32,000 nt of DNA. It comes from Desulfonatronospira thiodismutans ASO3-1. Lineage in GTDB: Bacteria > Desulfobacterota > Desulfovibrionia > Desulfovibrionales > Desulfonatronovibrionaceae. A program made the translations under genes and the position numbers. The stretch is from the NCBI RefSeq assembly GCF_000174435.1, contig NZ_ACJN02000002.1, positions 779,490-811,489 on the forward strand, written 5' to 3'. Of this stretch, positions 24,848 through 32,000 are shown piece by piece (position 1 is the stretch's first letter; each line of letters starts with the position of its first letter). The notes below the pieces were generated by a model. That model did not search any database and was not told the origin of the DNA. It was given only the letters and a program-made list of their open reading frames with translations.

Positions 24848-25633
24848 ATGCATAAAAGCACTCAGACAAAATCGCGCTCCTGCGACAGGGTCAGGCTTTT
24901 GGGGCTGGACTTTGCCGCAAACCCGGATTTTGTTCATCTTTACCTTGAGCCGCCTTCCTGGGACTACACCCCGGGGCAGTTCGTCATGCTCAGGCCGGAA
25001 AAATGGGGCCAGGACCCGGTCTGGCCCAGGCCCTTTTCCATCTGCGAAAAGACCCGGGAATACGTGCGCATCTTTATGCAGGTGGTGGGACGGGGAACCA
25101 GTCTTTTGAGCAGTGCTGCACCGGACAGTGAAATCAACATGTGGGGTCCGCTGGGGCGCGGGTTCAGGCTCTCCCCTGAAAAACGCTACCTGATCCTGGC
25201 CGGTGGTATGGGCATCGCTCCTTTTATCGGCCTTTGCAAGGAGCATCCCTATCCCGGCAAGCTGAGCCTTATCTTTGGTCATCGCATGGACCGGTCCTGC
25301 TACCCCTTTGATGAACTGCCCGGGGAGATGCAGCGCCAGAACATGCGCCAGACGAACCAGGAAGACATGGAGCATTTCGGGCGGGTCCTCAGGGAGCAGA
25401 TATCCCGGTTTGCTTCCAGGGGAGAGATCCTGGCCTGCGGTCCCATGCCTTTTCTGCAGGTGGTGCAGAAGCATGTGCTGGAAGCAGGGGCCTCGGCCCA
25501 GCTTTCGGTGGAGACCAGAATGGCCTGCGGAGTAGGTGCCTGCCTGGGATGCGTGGTTGAGACGCGCAGCCAGGGTCTGGTACAGAGCTGTGTACAAGGA
25601 CCGGTCTTTGATGCCGGGGAACTGGTGTTGTAG
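24848..25633 (+). CDS. pyrK: dihydroorotate dehydrogenase electron-transfer subunit PyrK
   Basis: A 261-aa ORF with FAD/NAD-binding-fold motifs (PGQFVMLRP, RPFSI, GPLGRGF, LILAGGMGIAPF) and a C-terminal 2Fe-2S cysteine cluster MACGVGACLGCVV. It lies directly upstream of pyrD. Confidence 0.85.
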   Translation: MHKSTQTKSRSCDRVRLLGLDFAANPDFVHLYLEPPSWDYTPGQFVMLRPEKWGQDPVWPRPFSICEKTREYVRIFMQVVGRGTSLLSSAAPDSEINMWGPLGRGFRLSPEKRYLILAGGMGIAPFIGLCKEHPYPGKLSLIFGHRMDRSCYPFDELPGEMQRQNMRQTNQEDMEHFGRVLREQISRFASRGEILACGPMPFLQVVQKHVLEAGASAQLSVETRMACGVGACLGCVVETRSQGLVQSCVQGPVFDAGELVL

Positions 25634-25635
25634 CT

Positions 25636-26550
25636 ATGGATATAAGTGTCGATCTGGGCGGACTCCGCCTCAAAAATCCCATCATGAGCGCATCCGGGAC
25701 CTTTGGCTATGGCCTGGAATTTTCTCCCTACGGAGACCTGCAAAAGCTGGGAGCCATCGTGGTCAAAGGCCTGTCCCTGCATCCTCGAAGCGGCAATCCC
25801 ACACCGCGCATCACTGAAACACCCTGCGGCATGCTAAACGCCATAGGCCTGCAAAATGTGGGGGTGGAAAAATTTCTTGCACAGAAGCTTCCCTTTCTGC
25901 CTGCGGATGAAACCCCGGTGGTAGCCAATCTCTATGCCCAGGGTGCTGAAGAATTCGTGGAGCTGGCGGCAATCCTGGGGGATGCACCCCGAGTGGGGGC
26001 CCTGGAGGTGAATATATCGTGTCCCAATGTGCGCTGCGGCGGGGTGCAGTTCGGCCAGGACCCCGAGGCCGCGGCATCCGTCACCCGGGAAGTGCGCAGG
26101 GCCAGCCCGGACAAGCCGCTGATCATCAAGCTAAGCCCCAATGTCACGGATATCAGGGTCATTGCCCGGGCGGTGCGGGATGCCGGCGCGGATGTTATTT
26201 CCCTGATAAACACTCTGGGGGGCATGGCAGTGGATATCCACAGCAGAAAGCCCAGGCTGGCCAATATAGTGGGCGGTCTTTCCGGTCCCGCTGTGAAGCC
26301 GGTGGCCCTGAAGATGGTCTACGAGGTCTGCAGCGAAGTGGATATCCCGGTTATCGGCCTGGGGGGCATCTGCAACGCCCGGGACGTGCTGGAATTCATC
26401 ATGGTGGGGGCCCACGCGGTGCAGGTGGGCACGGCCAATTTCATGCGTCCGGACCTGATTTTCGACCTGGTGGACGAGCTGCCGGGCCTGCTGGCTGAAC
26501 TGGGTGCAGAGTCTCTCGAGGACTTCAGAGGTTCTCTGGAAACTCAATGA
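25636..26550 (+). CDS. pyrD: dihydroorotate dehydrogenase catalytic subunit (class 1B PyrD)
   Basis: A 304-aa ORF with LKNPIMSASGTFGYG, MLNAIGLQNVG, EVNISCPN, IIKLSPNVTD, GGLSGPAVKPVALKMV and IGLGGI. Confidence 0.9.
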   Translation: MDISVDLGGLRLKNPIMSASGTFGYGLEFSPYGDLQKLGAIVVKGLSLHPRSGNPTPRITETPCGMLNAIGLQNVGVEKFLAQKLPFLPADETPVVANLYAQGAEEFVELAAILGDAPRVGALEVNISCPNVRCGGVQFGQDPEAAASVTREVRRASPDKPLIIKLSPNVTDIRVIARAVRDAGADVISLINTLGGMAVDIHSRKPRLANIVGGLSGPAVKPVALKMVYEVCSEVDIPVIGLGGICNARDVLEFIMVGAHAVQVGTANFMRPDLIFDLVDELPGLLAELGAESLEDFRGSLETQ

Positions 26551-26552
26551 AA

Positions 26553-26803
26553 TATTCATAACGAACCACCCCCGGCCCCTCCTTAGCCAAGGAGGGGAGC
26601 AGTCCGTGCTGGAAATTTCATTTTTTGCATTTGAGCCAGGAACCAGGAACCAGAAAATAGTTGTTCAGGTGCTTAGTATAAATTTTATAACAACCTGCTG
26701 GTAACTGATTTTTTTCACTGGGTCTGCTCCTCTGGACAGGATACAGGCCCGGTGTGAACTCCCCTCCTTAGCCAAGGAGGGGCCGGGGGTGGTTGTATGA
26801 AAT
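26553..26803. repeat. MITE-like unit bounded by inverted copies of the REP-like palindrome
   Basis: TTCATAACGAACCACCCCCGGCCCCTCCTTAGCCAAGGAGGGG (left) is inverted relative to CCCCTCCTTAGCCAAGGAGGGGCCGGGGGTGGTTGTATGAA (right). Together they enclose ~160 bp of AT-richer sequence that includes a GGAACCAGGAACCAG tandem. The unit begins 3 bp after the pyrD stop. Confidence 0.7.
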
Positions 26804-26844
26804 CCCTTCATTACCCCAATCAACCATTAGCAGATAACTGGACT

Positions 26845-27020
26845 GTCACCATTCAGGGGGTCCTCGATGTTGATAACTGGCACAAGGCCTGGGGACTGTC
26901 CCTCGCTGTGTAGGTCTGTGCAGGATCACGGAATTTTGCGCTTGTAATATTGGTGATTGTGAAGGCAATGTGTCGCGGGGACTGTCCCCAGGCCGATTTC
27001 GGCACCCCCTGAATGGTTAC
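26845..27020. mobile_element. 176-bp MITE with long terminal inverted repeats and an 8-bp target site duplication
   Basis: TIR GTCACCATTCAGGGGG (26845-) pairs with ...CCCCCTGAATGGTTAC (-27020). Inner arms share GGCCTGGGGACTGTCCC and GGGGACTGTCCCCAGGCC. ACTGGACT is found at 26837-26844 and at 27021-27028. Confidence 0.85.
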
Positions 27021-27162
27021 ACTGGACTAAGGGTATAGCCATATTTAGCAGCTGTATCCTGCGGGGATAAATAAATCAGGGGCACCCGCCTGCTAAGACT
27101 TGAAAAAAATAAGGGTGTCAGATAGGCTGTAAGCTTGCAAACAAGCTGCACTGCTGGATTTG

Positions 27163-27200
27163 AAAGGGGTAGCCCTCCGGGAGGGCCGGCCCCTTTATTT
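27163..27200 (+). terminator. possible rho-independent terminator-like hairpin, with no clear upstream gene
   Basis: GAAAGGGGTAGCCCTCCGGGAGGGCCGGCCCCTTTATTT forms a GC-rich imperfect stem followed by a T-rich tail, 60 bp upstream of the 27261 start codon. Confidence 0.3.
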
Positions 27201-27260
27201 GCTGCAACCGGTTGAACCTTTGCAGGGTTTTGCTTCAAGGCGAAATCTTAAGGAGATAAA

Positions 27261-28586
27261 ATGTCCCAGCCCATAAAAGAAGCAGCAGCCGTGTGCAAGA
27301 CCATTATGCGCAACGGCTACGATGCATACGTCATCAATGCCCCCCTGCAGGAGCGGGCCATGGATCAGGACCACATGGAAGTGGATATCTGTACGGAACT
27401 GGACTTTACCGGCCTGACCAAGCTTTTTCCCAGCCTGGAGACATCCGGGGGACTGGATTTCCTTGGTTCTCTACGCCAGGGCCAGGTGACCTTCAATTTT
27501 TACCCCGCAGACGTCATAGAAAGTTCATACACCGACGGCACCATAGCCCGCATGACTCCCAGGCTGGTCAAGCGCCTGGAAGAGATGGGGGATATGCCCC
27601 TGACCTGGGCCTGTCCTTATATTCCGGATCCCAGGGCCGTTTACGACGGCTTTGAAGACCTGGATACAGGCAAAGTCACCCTTGAGGGGCTGCCCGACGA
27701 GACTCTGAAGAAAGATTATCTGCGGGCCATCAAGGCCCTGCGTTTTTCAGCCAATTTCGGCCTGCCCATAGAGGGTAACACCTGGCTGGCCATTCTCAGA
27801 TCTTCCAGGAGGGTTCTGGACTACGTGTCAGTTACAGATCTCATGGACGAATGGCGCAAGGTGGAAGCCGAAAATATGCACAGGTTCGTAAGTCTTCTGT
27901 TTGAATCCATGATCCTGCACGGTCTCATCCCGGAGCTTGCATCCCTCAGCAGGGTAAAGCAGGTGAAAAATCAGGAGGAGGGCCTGGAAAATGTATGGGA
28001 GCATACCCTTGGGGTGATGCGCTATTATCCGGAAGAACTTCCCTATGACTGGTACGGCACCATGGCCTGCCTCTTTCATGACGTGGGCAAGCTGTTTGCC
28101 GCGGAATATTTTCACGACAGAATCACTTTTTACCAGCACCACCGTATAGGGGCCAAGGTTGCCCGCAAGATACTTAAGCGGCTCAGGTTCAATACCGATG
28201 AGATCGATCTGGTGTGCCACCTGGTGCGCCATCATATGCGCTTTCATTTCATGCTCACAGACCGCGGCATCCGAAGGTTCATGGCCCTGGACGAGTATCC
28301 CAGGCTCATGGAAATGGTCCGGGCGGACATCAAGGCCAGGGACGGCAGCTACAAGGAATTCAACCACAACCTGAAGATGCTGCAGAAGGCCAAGGTCAGC
28401 GAGGATACTCTGGAGCCTCTTCTGAACGGGCACGAGATCATGGAGTTCACCGGCATCAAGCCCGGTCCCGGGGTAGGGGTGATCCGGGAGGCCCTGCTGC
28501 AGGCCCAGGCAGCTGGAGATGTTACTTCGGTGCCCGAGGCCATAGAATTTGTCATGCGCTACAAGGAAAAGGAGCATCTGCAATAG
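27261..28586 (+). CDS. HD-domain protein of the tRNA nucleotidyltransferase/poly(A) polymerase (CCA-adding-enzyme-like) family
   Basis: A 441-aa ORF with an AAGGAG RBS. It has an HD region (WEHTLGVMRY...CLFHDVGK...HHRIGAKVARKIL) and a C-terminal LLNGHEIMEFTGIKPGPGVGVIREAL typical of this family. The N-terminal head lacks a canonical GG.VRD motif (it reads YVINAPLQE). Confidence 0.65.
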   Translation: MSQPIKEAAAVCKTIMRNGYDAYVINAPLQERAMDQDHMEVDICTELDFTGLTKLFPSLETSGGLDFLGSLRQGQVTFNFYPADVIESSYTDGTIARMTPRLVKRLEEMGDMPLTWACPYIPDPRAVYDGFEDLDTGKVTLEGLPDETLKKDYLRAIKALRFSANFGLPIEGNTWLAILRSSRRVLDYVSVTDLMDEWRKVEAENMHRFVSLLFESMILHGLIPELASLSRVKQVKNQEEGLENVWEHTLGVMRYYPEELPYDWYGTMACLFHDVGKLFAAEYFHDRITFYQHHRIGAKVARKILKRLRFNTDEIDLVCHLVRHHMRFHFMLTDRGIRRFMALDEYPRLMEMVRADIKARDGSYKEFNHNLKMLQKAKVSEDTLEPLLNGHEIMEFTGIKPGPGVGVIREALLQAQAAGDVTSVPEAIEFVMRYKEKEHLQ

Positions 28587-28615
28587 ACAACCTGCTGGAA
28601 CAAGACCGCGAATCA

Positions 28616-29614
28616 ATGCAGAATCTGCTGAAAGAGCGCGGGGAACCGGCCTACAGGGCGGATCAGCTCTGGCAGTGGATATGGCAGAAAAAAGCCGGGG
28701 ATTTCCAGGAGATGACCAACATTTCCAAGGCCCTGCGCAGCAGTCTGCAGCAGGAGTTTGTCCTGCAAAGGCCTGCCGTGGTCCAGAAAAAGGAAAGTAT
28801 TGACGGGACAGTAAAGCTCCTGCTGGGTCTTAATGACGGCTTTTTTATCGAAACGGTCATCATCCCGGAAAAGGATTATTATACCCAGTGCATATCCACC
28901 CAGGTGGGGTGCCCCATGGGATGTGTCTTCTGCAGTACCGGGTGTATGGGGTTCAAGCGCAATCTCACCCCCGGAGAGATAGCTTCCCAGGTTCTTGTGG
29001 CATGCCGGCACCTGGAGGACACTGGCCTGGACAGTACCCGTCTGACCAACGTGGTGCTTATGGGCATGGGGGAGCCGCTTTTAAACTGGGATGCGGTGAA
29101 AAAGGCCATGTACATGATGACGGATTCCCTGGGACTGGGGATTTCCAGAAGAAGGCTTACCCTGTCCACGGTGGGGGTCAGGGACAGGCTGCAGGAATTC
29201 GGCAGCTCCCGTCTGGGGATGCTGGCGGTGTCACTGCATGCACCGGATCAGGATCTGCGCCGCAGGCTTATGCCCGGGGCCGCAACCTGGGATATAAAGG
29301 ACCTGGTCAGGGCCCTGGAGCAATACCCTCTTGCCCCCAGGGAACGTATTACCATTGAATACGTTCTGTTAAAGGATATAAACGATTCCCCGGCCCAGGC
29401 CAGGGCCCTTGTGCGTCTTTTGTCCCGGGTCAAATGCAAGGTGAACCTGCTGGCCTACAACCCCGGGGAGCAGGAAGGATATCAGCCGCCACAGGAGAAG
29501 ACCATACTGACGTTTGAGGAAGTGCTTCGCTCCAAGGGGCTGACTGTCACCCTGCGCAAAAGCAAGGGCCAGGACATAAGTGCCGCCTGCGGACAGCTCA
29601 TTGCCGATTCATGA
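28616..29614 (+). CDS. rlmN: 23S rRNA/tRNA (adenine-C2)-methyltransferase RlmN (radical SAM)
   Basis: It has GEPAYRADQLWQWIW, the radical-SAM cluster CISTQVGCPMGCVFCSTG, MGMGEPLLN and a C-terminal GQDISAACGQL. The start is uncertain: family-like sequence (IDNLLEQDRES) extends upstream to ~28583, where only ATA/CTG codons are available, and 28616 is the first ATG. Confidence 0.85.
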   Translation: MQNLLKERGEPAYRADQLWQWIWQKKAGDFQEMTNISKALRSSLQQEFVLQRPAVVQKKESIDGTVKLLLGLNDGFFIETVIIPEKDYYTQCISTQVGCPMGCVFCSTGCMGFKRNLTPGEIASQVLVACRHLEDTGLDSTRLTNVVLMGMGEPLLNWDAVKKAMYMMTDSLGLGISRRRLTLSTVGVRDRLQEFGSSRLGMLAVSLHAPDQDLRRRLMPGAATWDIKDLVRALEQYPLAPRERITIEYVLLKDINDSPAQARALVRLLSRVKCKVNLLAYNPGEQEGYQPPQEKTILTFEEVLRSKGLTVTLRKSKGQDISAACGQLIADS

Positions 29615-29691
29615 CCGGGTGATCAGGGGAAGAAATGATGAATGCGGAATGATGAATTATGAGCAAATTCTCACCATAATAATTATGTGCT

Positions 29692-29891
29692 CCAGTGGTC
29701 CGGGGGTTCGGCAAGCAGGACGTAAAAACTCGCTCCAAGGCAGCGTAAATCAAAACCTATACACGGCATTCTCAACCAGAATGACATCAAAAACATGCTT
29801 TGTATTAAATTCAGTGTTTAACGGTTTTGATTAACGCTGCCTACGTCGCTCAGACAGTTTACGCCCTGTTTGCCGAACCCCCGGACCCTGG
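29692..29891. repeat. 200-bp long-inverted-repeat element (MITE-like or structured RNA) between rlmN and hisI
   Basis: The left arm CCAGTGGTCCGGGGGTTCGGCAAGCAGGACGTAAAAACTCGCTCCAAGGCAGCGTAAATCAAAAC pairs with the reverse complement of the right arm GTTTTGATTAACGCTGCCTACGTCGCTCAGACAGTTTACGCCCTGTTTGCCGAACCCCCGGACCCTGG. The arms are ~65 bp with a ~65-bp AT-richer centre. I saw no clear target duplication. Confidence 0.75.
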
Positions 29892-30019
29892 CTATTTGCC
29901 CGCAGATGTCGAATATTTACAGTGATGGAAGGAAAAAAGAAGTTTGGAGTGTGGGTATAAGGGGGTTGTAAAACCCTGTATCAGTAAGAAATGATCAAGG
30001 GTAAACAAGGAGATATGTT

Positions 30020-30397
30020 TTGAAACCCGATTTTGACAAGGGAAACGGGCTGTTGCCCGTGATAGTCCAGGAGTGGGAGACCGGCGAGGTGCTCATGCTG
30101 GCCTACACCGACGAGCAGGCATGGGAAAAGAGTCTGGATACCGGTGAGGCCCATTTCTACAGCCGCAGCAGAAAAAGTATATGGCATAAAGGCGGAACTT
30201 CCGGACACGTGCAGAGGATCCGGGAGATACGCATAGACTGCGACTATGACACCATCTTGTTCATGGTGGAACAGGTGGGGGGAGCGGCCTGCCACAAGGG
30301 CTACAAAAGCTGCTTTTACACCCGGGTGGAAAAGGATGGCCGTTTTCTGGAACATGCCGAAAAAGTATTCGATCCCAAGGAGGTTTACAATAAATGA
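30020..30397 (+). CDS. hisI: phosphoribosyl-AMP cyclohydrolase HisI
   Basis: A 125-aa ORF with a TTG start 6 nt after an [99 protein letters not shown] is the classic PRA-CH pattern. Confidence 0.9.
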   Translation: MKPDFDKGNGLLPVIVQEWETGEVLMLAYTDEQAWEKSLDTGEAHFYSRSRKSIWHKGGTSGHVQRIREIRIDCDYDTILFMVEQVGGAACHKGYKSCFYTRVEKDGRFLEHAEKVFDPKEVYNK

Positions 30398-31275
30398 GCA
30401 GCGAGCAAGTCCTGAAGCTGGGCATCCCCAAGGGTTCCCTGGAGGAAGCCACCAGAAGGCTTTTCGCCCGGGCCGGATGGAAGATAAAGCCCCATCACAG
30501 GAACTATTTCCCGGAAATAAATGACCAGGAGATGCAGTGTTCTCTTTGCCGGGCCCAGGAAATATCCAGGTACGTGGAAAACGGGACCATGGATGCGGGG
30601 CTTACCGGAAAAGACTGGATCATGGAAAATGAATCCGACGTGGTGGTGGTCTCGGACCTGGTGTATTCCAAGGTCAGCAACAGGCCGGCCAGGTGGGTGC
30701 TGGCGGTGGCCGGTGATTCACCCTACCGCCGCCCCGAGGATCTGTCAGGCAAAAAGATAGCCACAGAGTTAAGAAACTTTACCCATAATTATTTTCACAA
30801 TGCTGGCATTCCCGTGGAGGTGGAATTTTCATGGGGGGCAACAGAGGCCAAGGTGGTGGAGGGACTGGCTGACGCCATTGTGGAGGTCACCGAAACCGGG
30901 TCCACCATCAAGGCGCACGGGCTAAGGATAATAGCCGAGCTTCTGCAGACCAATACCCAGTTCATCGCCAATAAAGAGGCCTGGGAAGATCCCTGGAAGC
31001 GAAACAAGATCGAGAATATCAACACCCTGTTGCACGGTGCTCTGCGGGCGGACCGGCTGGTGGGGCTGAAAATGAACCTGCCCGCGGACAGGGTGGAAGA
31101 CGTCATGGCCCTTTTACCCAGTATGACAGCCCCCACTGTTGCCCATCTGTACAATACAGACTGGCTGTCCGTGGAAATCGTGGTGGAGGAGGACCGGGTC
31201 CGGGAACTGGTGCCCAGGCTCCAGGAAAAAGGCGCCGAGGCCATTATTGAGTACGCCCTGAACAAGGTGATCTGA
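30394..31275 (+). CDS. hisG: ATP phosphoribosyltransferase HisG (long form)
   Basis: A 293-aa ORF overlapping the hisI stop (ATGA). It has [37 protein letters not shown] and [14 protein letters not shown], plus a C-terminal regulatory-domain length. Confidence 0.9.
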   Translation: MSSEQVLKLGIPKGSLEEATRRLFARAGWKIKPHHRNYFPEINDQEMQCSLCRAQEISRYVENGTMDAGLTGKDWIMENESDVVVVSDLVYSKVSNRPARWVLAVAGDSPYRRPEDLSGKKIATELRNFTHNYFHNAGIPVEVEFSWGATEAKVVEGLADAIVEVTETGSTIKAHGLRIIAELLQTNTQFIANKEAWEDPWKRNKIENINTLLHGALRADRLVGLKMNLPADRVEDVMALLPSMTAPTVAHLYNTDWLSVEIVVEEDRVRELVPRLQEKGAEAIIEYALNKVI

Positions 31276-31305
31276 TTGCCTGGTTATCCACAATCAAGTT
31301 CAATT

Positions 31306-32000
31306 ATGCCCAGACTGATTTCTTTAATGCTGCTTGTTTTTCTGGCAGGATGCGCCCATACCGGGGCCGACCGCATGAGTCTGCATCAGGCCGAACTGCG
31401 CCTGGACCTGGCTGAGCGCTATCTCATCGAGGATGAGCCAAGGCCGGCCCTGGAGCAGTTGCAGCAGGTAAAGGAAGCCTCTCCGGATAATCCCAGGCTG
31501 TATTTCAACATGGGACTGGCCCATACCAGCATGGAAGACTGGGACAGGGCTGCCCGGGATTTTGAAAAGGCCCTGGAACTAAAGCCTGATTACGGAGAGG
31601 CCTGGAACAACCTGGGCCAGGTAAGAAAGGCCCAGGGCCGCACTCAGGAAGCCAGACAGGCCTATGAAGCGGCTCTGGAGATTGAAGAATACATGACTCC
31701 GGAGTTTGCATACTATAACCTGGCCTCGCTTTTTCAGGAAGAGGGAGATTTAGAAAGAGCCCTGGAATATGCAGTGAACTCCGTGGAAAAAAACAGGCGT
31801 TTTGTTCCCGGCTACGACCTGGCCGGCAGCCTTTACCAGGAACTGGATCTTTATGATGAGGCCCTGCGCATCTTCGAGCGGGGGGCCCAGGCCATGCCGG
31901 GCAATGCCCGGCTGAGTCTTGCCTATGCCGAGGAACTGGTTCGGGCCGGCAGGGACAGCGAAGCAATAACGTGGTTTGAGCACGTAATCGAGCAAAATGA
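31306..32000 (+). CDS. TPR-repeat lipoprotein (PilF/PilW-like), partial at window end
   Basis: This ORF is absent from the ORF track because it has no stop inside the window. It reads MPRLISLMLLVFLAGC (lipobox) AHTGADRMSLHQAELRLDLAERYL...PRLYFNMGLAHTSMEDWDRAARDFEKALELKPDYGEAWNNLGQV... and contains several TPR units. Confidence 0.75.
   Translation, partial: MPRLISLMLLVFLAGCAHTGADRMSLHQAELRLDLAERYLIEDEPRPALEQLQQVKEASPDNPRLYFNMGLAHTSMEDWDRAARDFEKALELKPDYGEAWNNLGQVRKAQGRTQEARQAYEAALEIEEYMTPEFAYYNLASLFQEEGDLERALEYAVNSVEKNRRFVPGYDLAGSLYQELDLYDEALRIFERGAQAMPGNARLSLAYAEELVRAGRDSEAITWFEHVIEQN

Noticed and set aside
27017-27238. 73-aa minus-strand ORF upstream of the HD-protein gene
   Set aside because: It starts inside the MITE terminus, overlaps the terminator-like hairpin, and has no RBS or recognisable motif.
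28214-28615. The upstream 134 codons of the 466-aa track ORF as an N-terminal extension of RlmN
   Set aside because: This part overlaps the HD-protein gene in another frame and translates to a Gly/Arg/Pro-rich low-complexity sequence. RlmN-like sequence begins only at about 28583.
22999-28616. Very long antisense or off-frame ORFs in the GC-rich housekeeping genes, for example 22999-23928 (-), 24815-25597 (-), 26019-26498 (+) and 27828-28616 (-)
   Set aside because: They are typical high-GC shadow frames overlapping well-supported recN, pyrK, pyrD and HD-protein genes. They have no motifs and biased Arg/Pro/Gly composition.

Overview
This is a 32 kb bacterial chromosomal window in two parts; the taxon cannot be determined from the sequence alone. 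The left ~21 kb (1-20976) is visibly AT-richer and is a heavily scarred accessory/defence island. The right ~11 kb (21056-32000) is GC-richer housekeeping DNA: two OppD/OppF-like ABC ATPases, recN, pyrK-pyrD, an HD/CCA-enzyme-like protein, rlmN, hisI-hisG and a partial TPR lipoprotein.

Island contents, in order:
- An IS21-family element (istA/istB, multiple terminal repeats, 6-bp ACCGAG duplication) splits a carbon-nitrogen hydrolase gene.
- An IS1182-like element directly abuts the 5'-truncated end of a large DNA methyltransferase gene.
- That remnant is followed by darT (in-frame TAA), darG, an SNF2 helicase gene with a large internal deletion, an intact pglZ and a translationally coupled 246-aa gene. 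I read this as a decayed BREX type-3-like locus carrying a nested DarTG module.
- Four copies of a ~155-bp interspersed repeat delimit plus-strand, cassette-like modules: a DUF4258/DUF2283-type pair, a wHTH gene fragment and an orphan membrane-anchored protein.
- Next come a dead antitoxin/ParE-like pair and a second, frameshifted ~0.7-kb paralogous copy of the methyltransferase 3' end.
- That second copy is followed by different cargo: a DarG-C-terminal-like 173-aa protein, a 112-aa protein, an ABC/AAA-type ATPase and a truncated partner.
- The island ends with yefM-yoeB and an orphan MNT nucleotidyltransferase.

At least five families of small non-autonomous repeats or MITE-like elements are present, and two copies have clean 8-bp target duplications. 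I recognised no rRNA, tRNA or CRISPR array. All protein family calls rest on motif recognition from the supplied translations, not on database searches.
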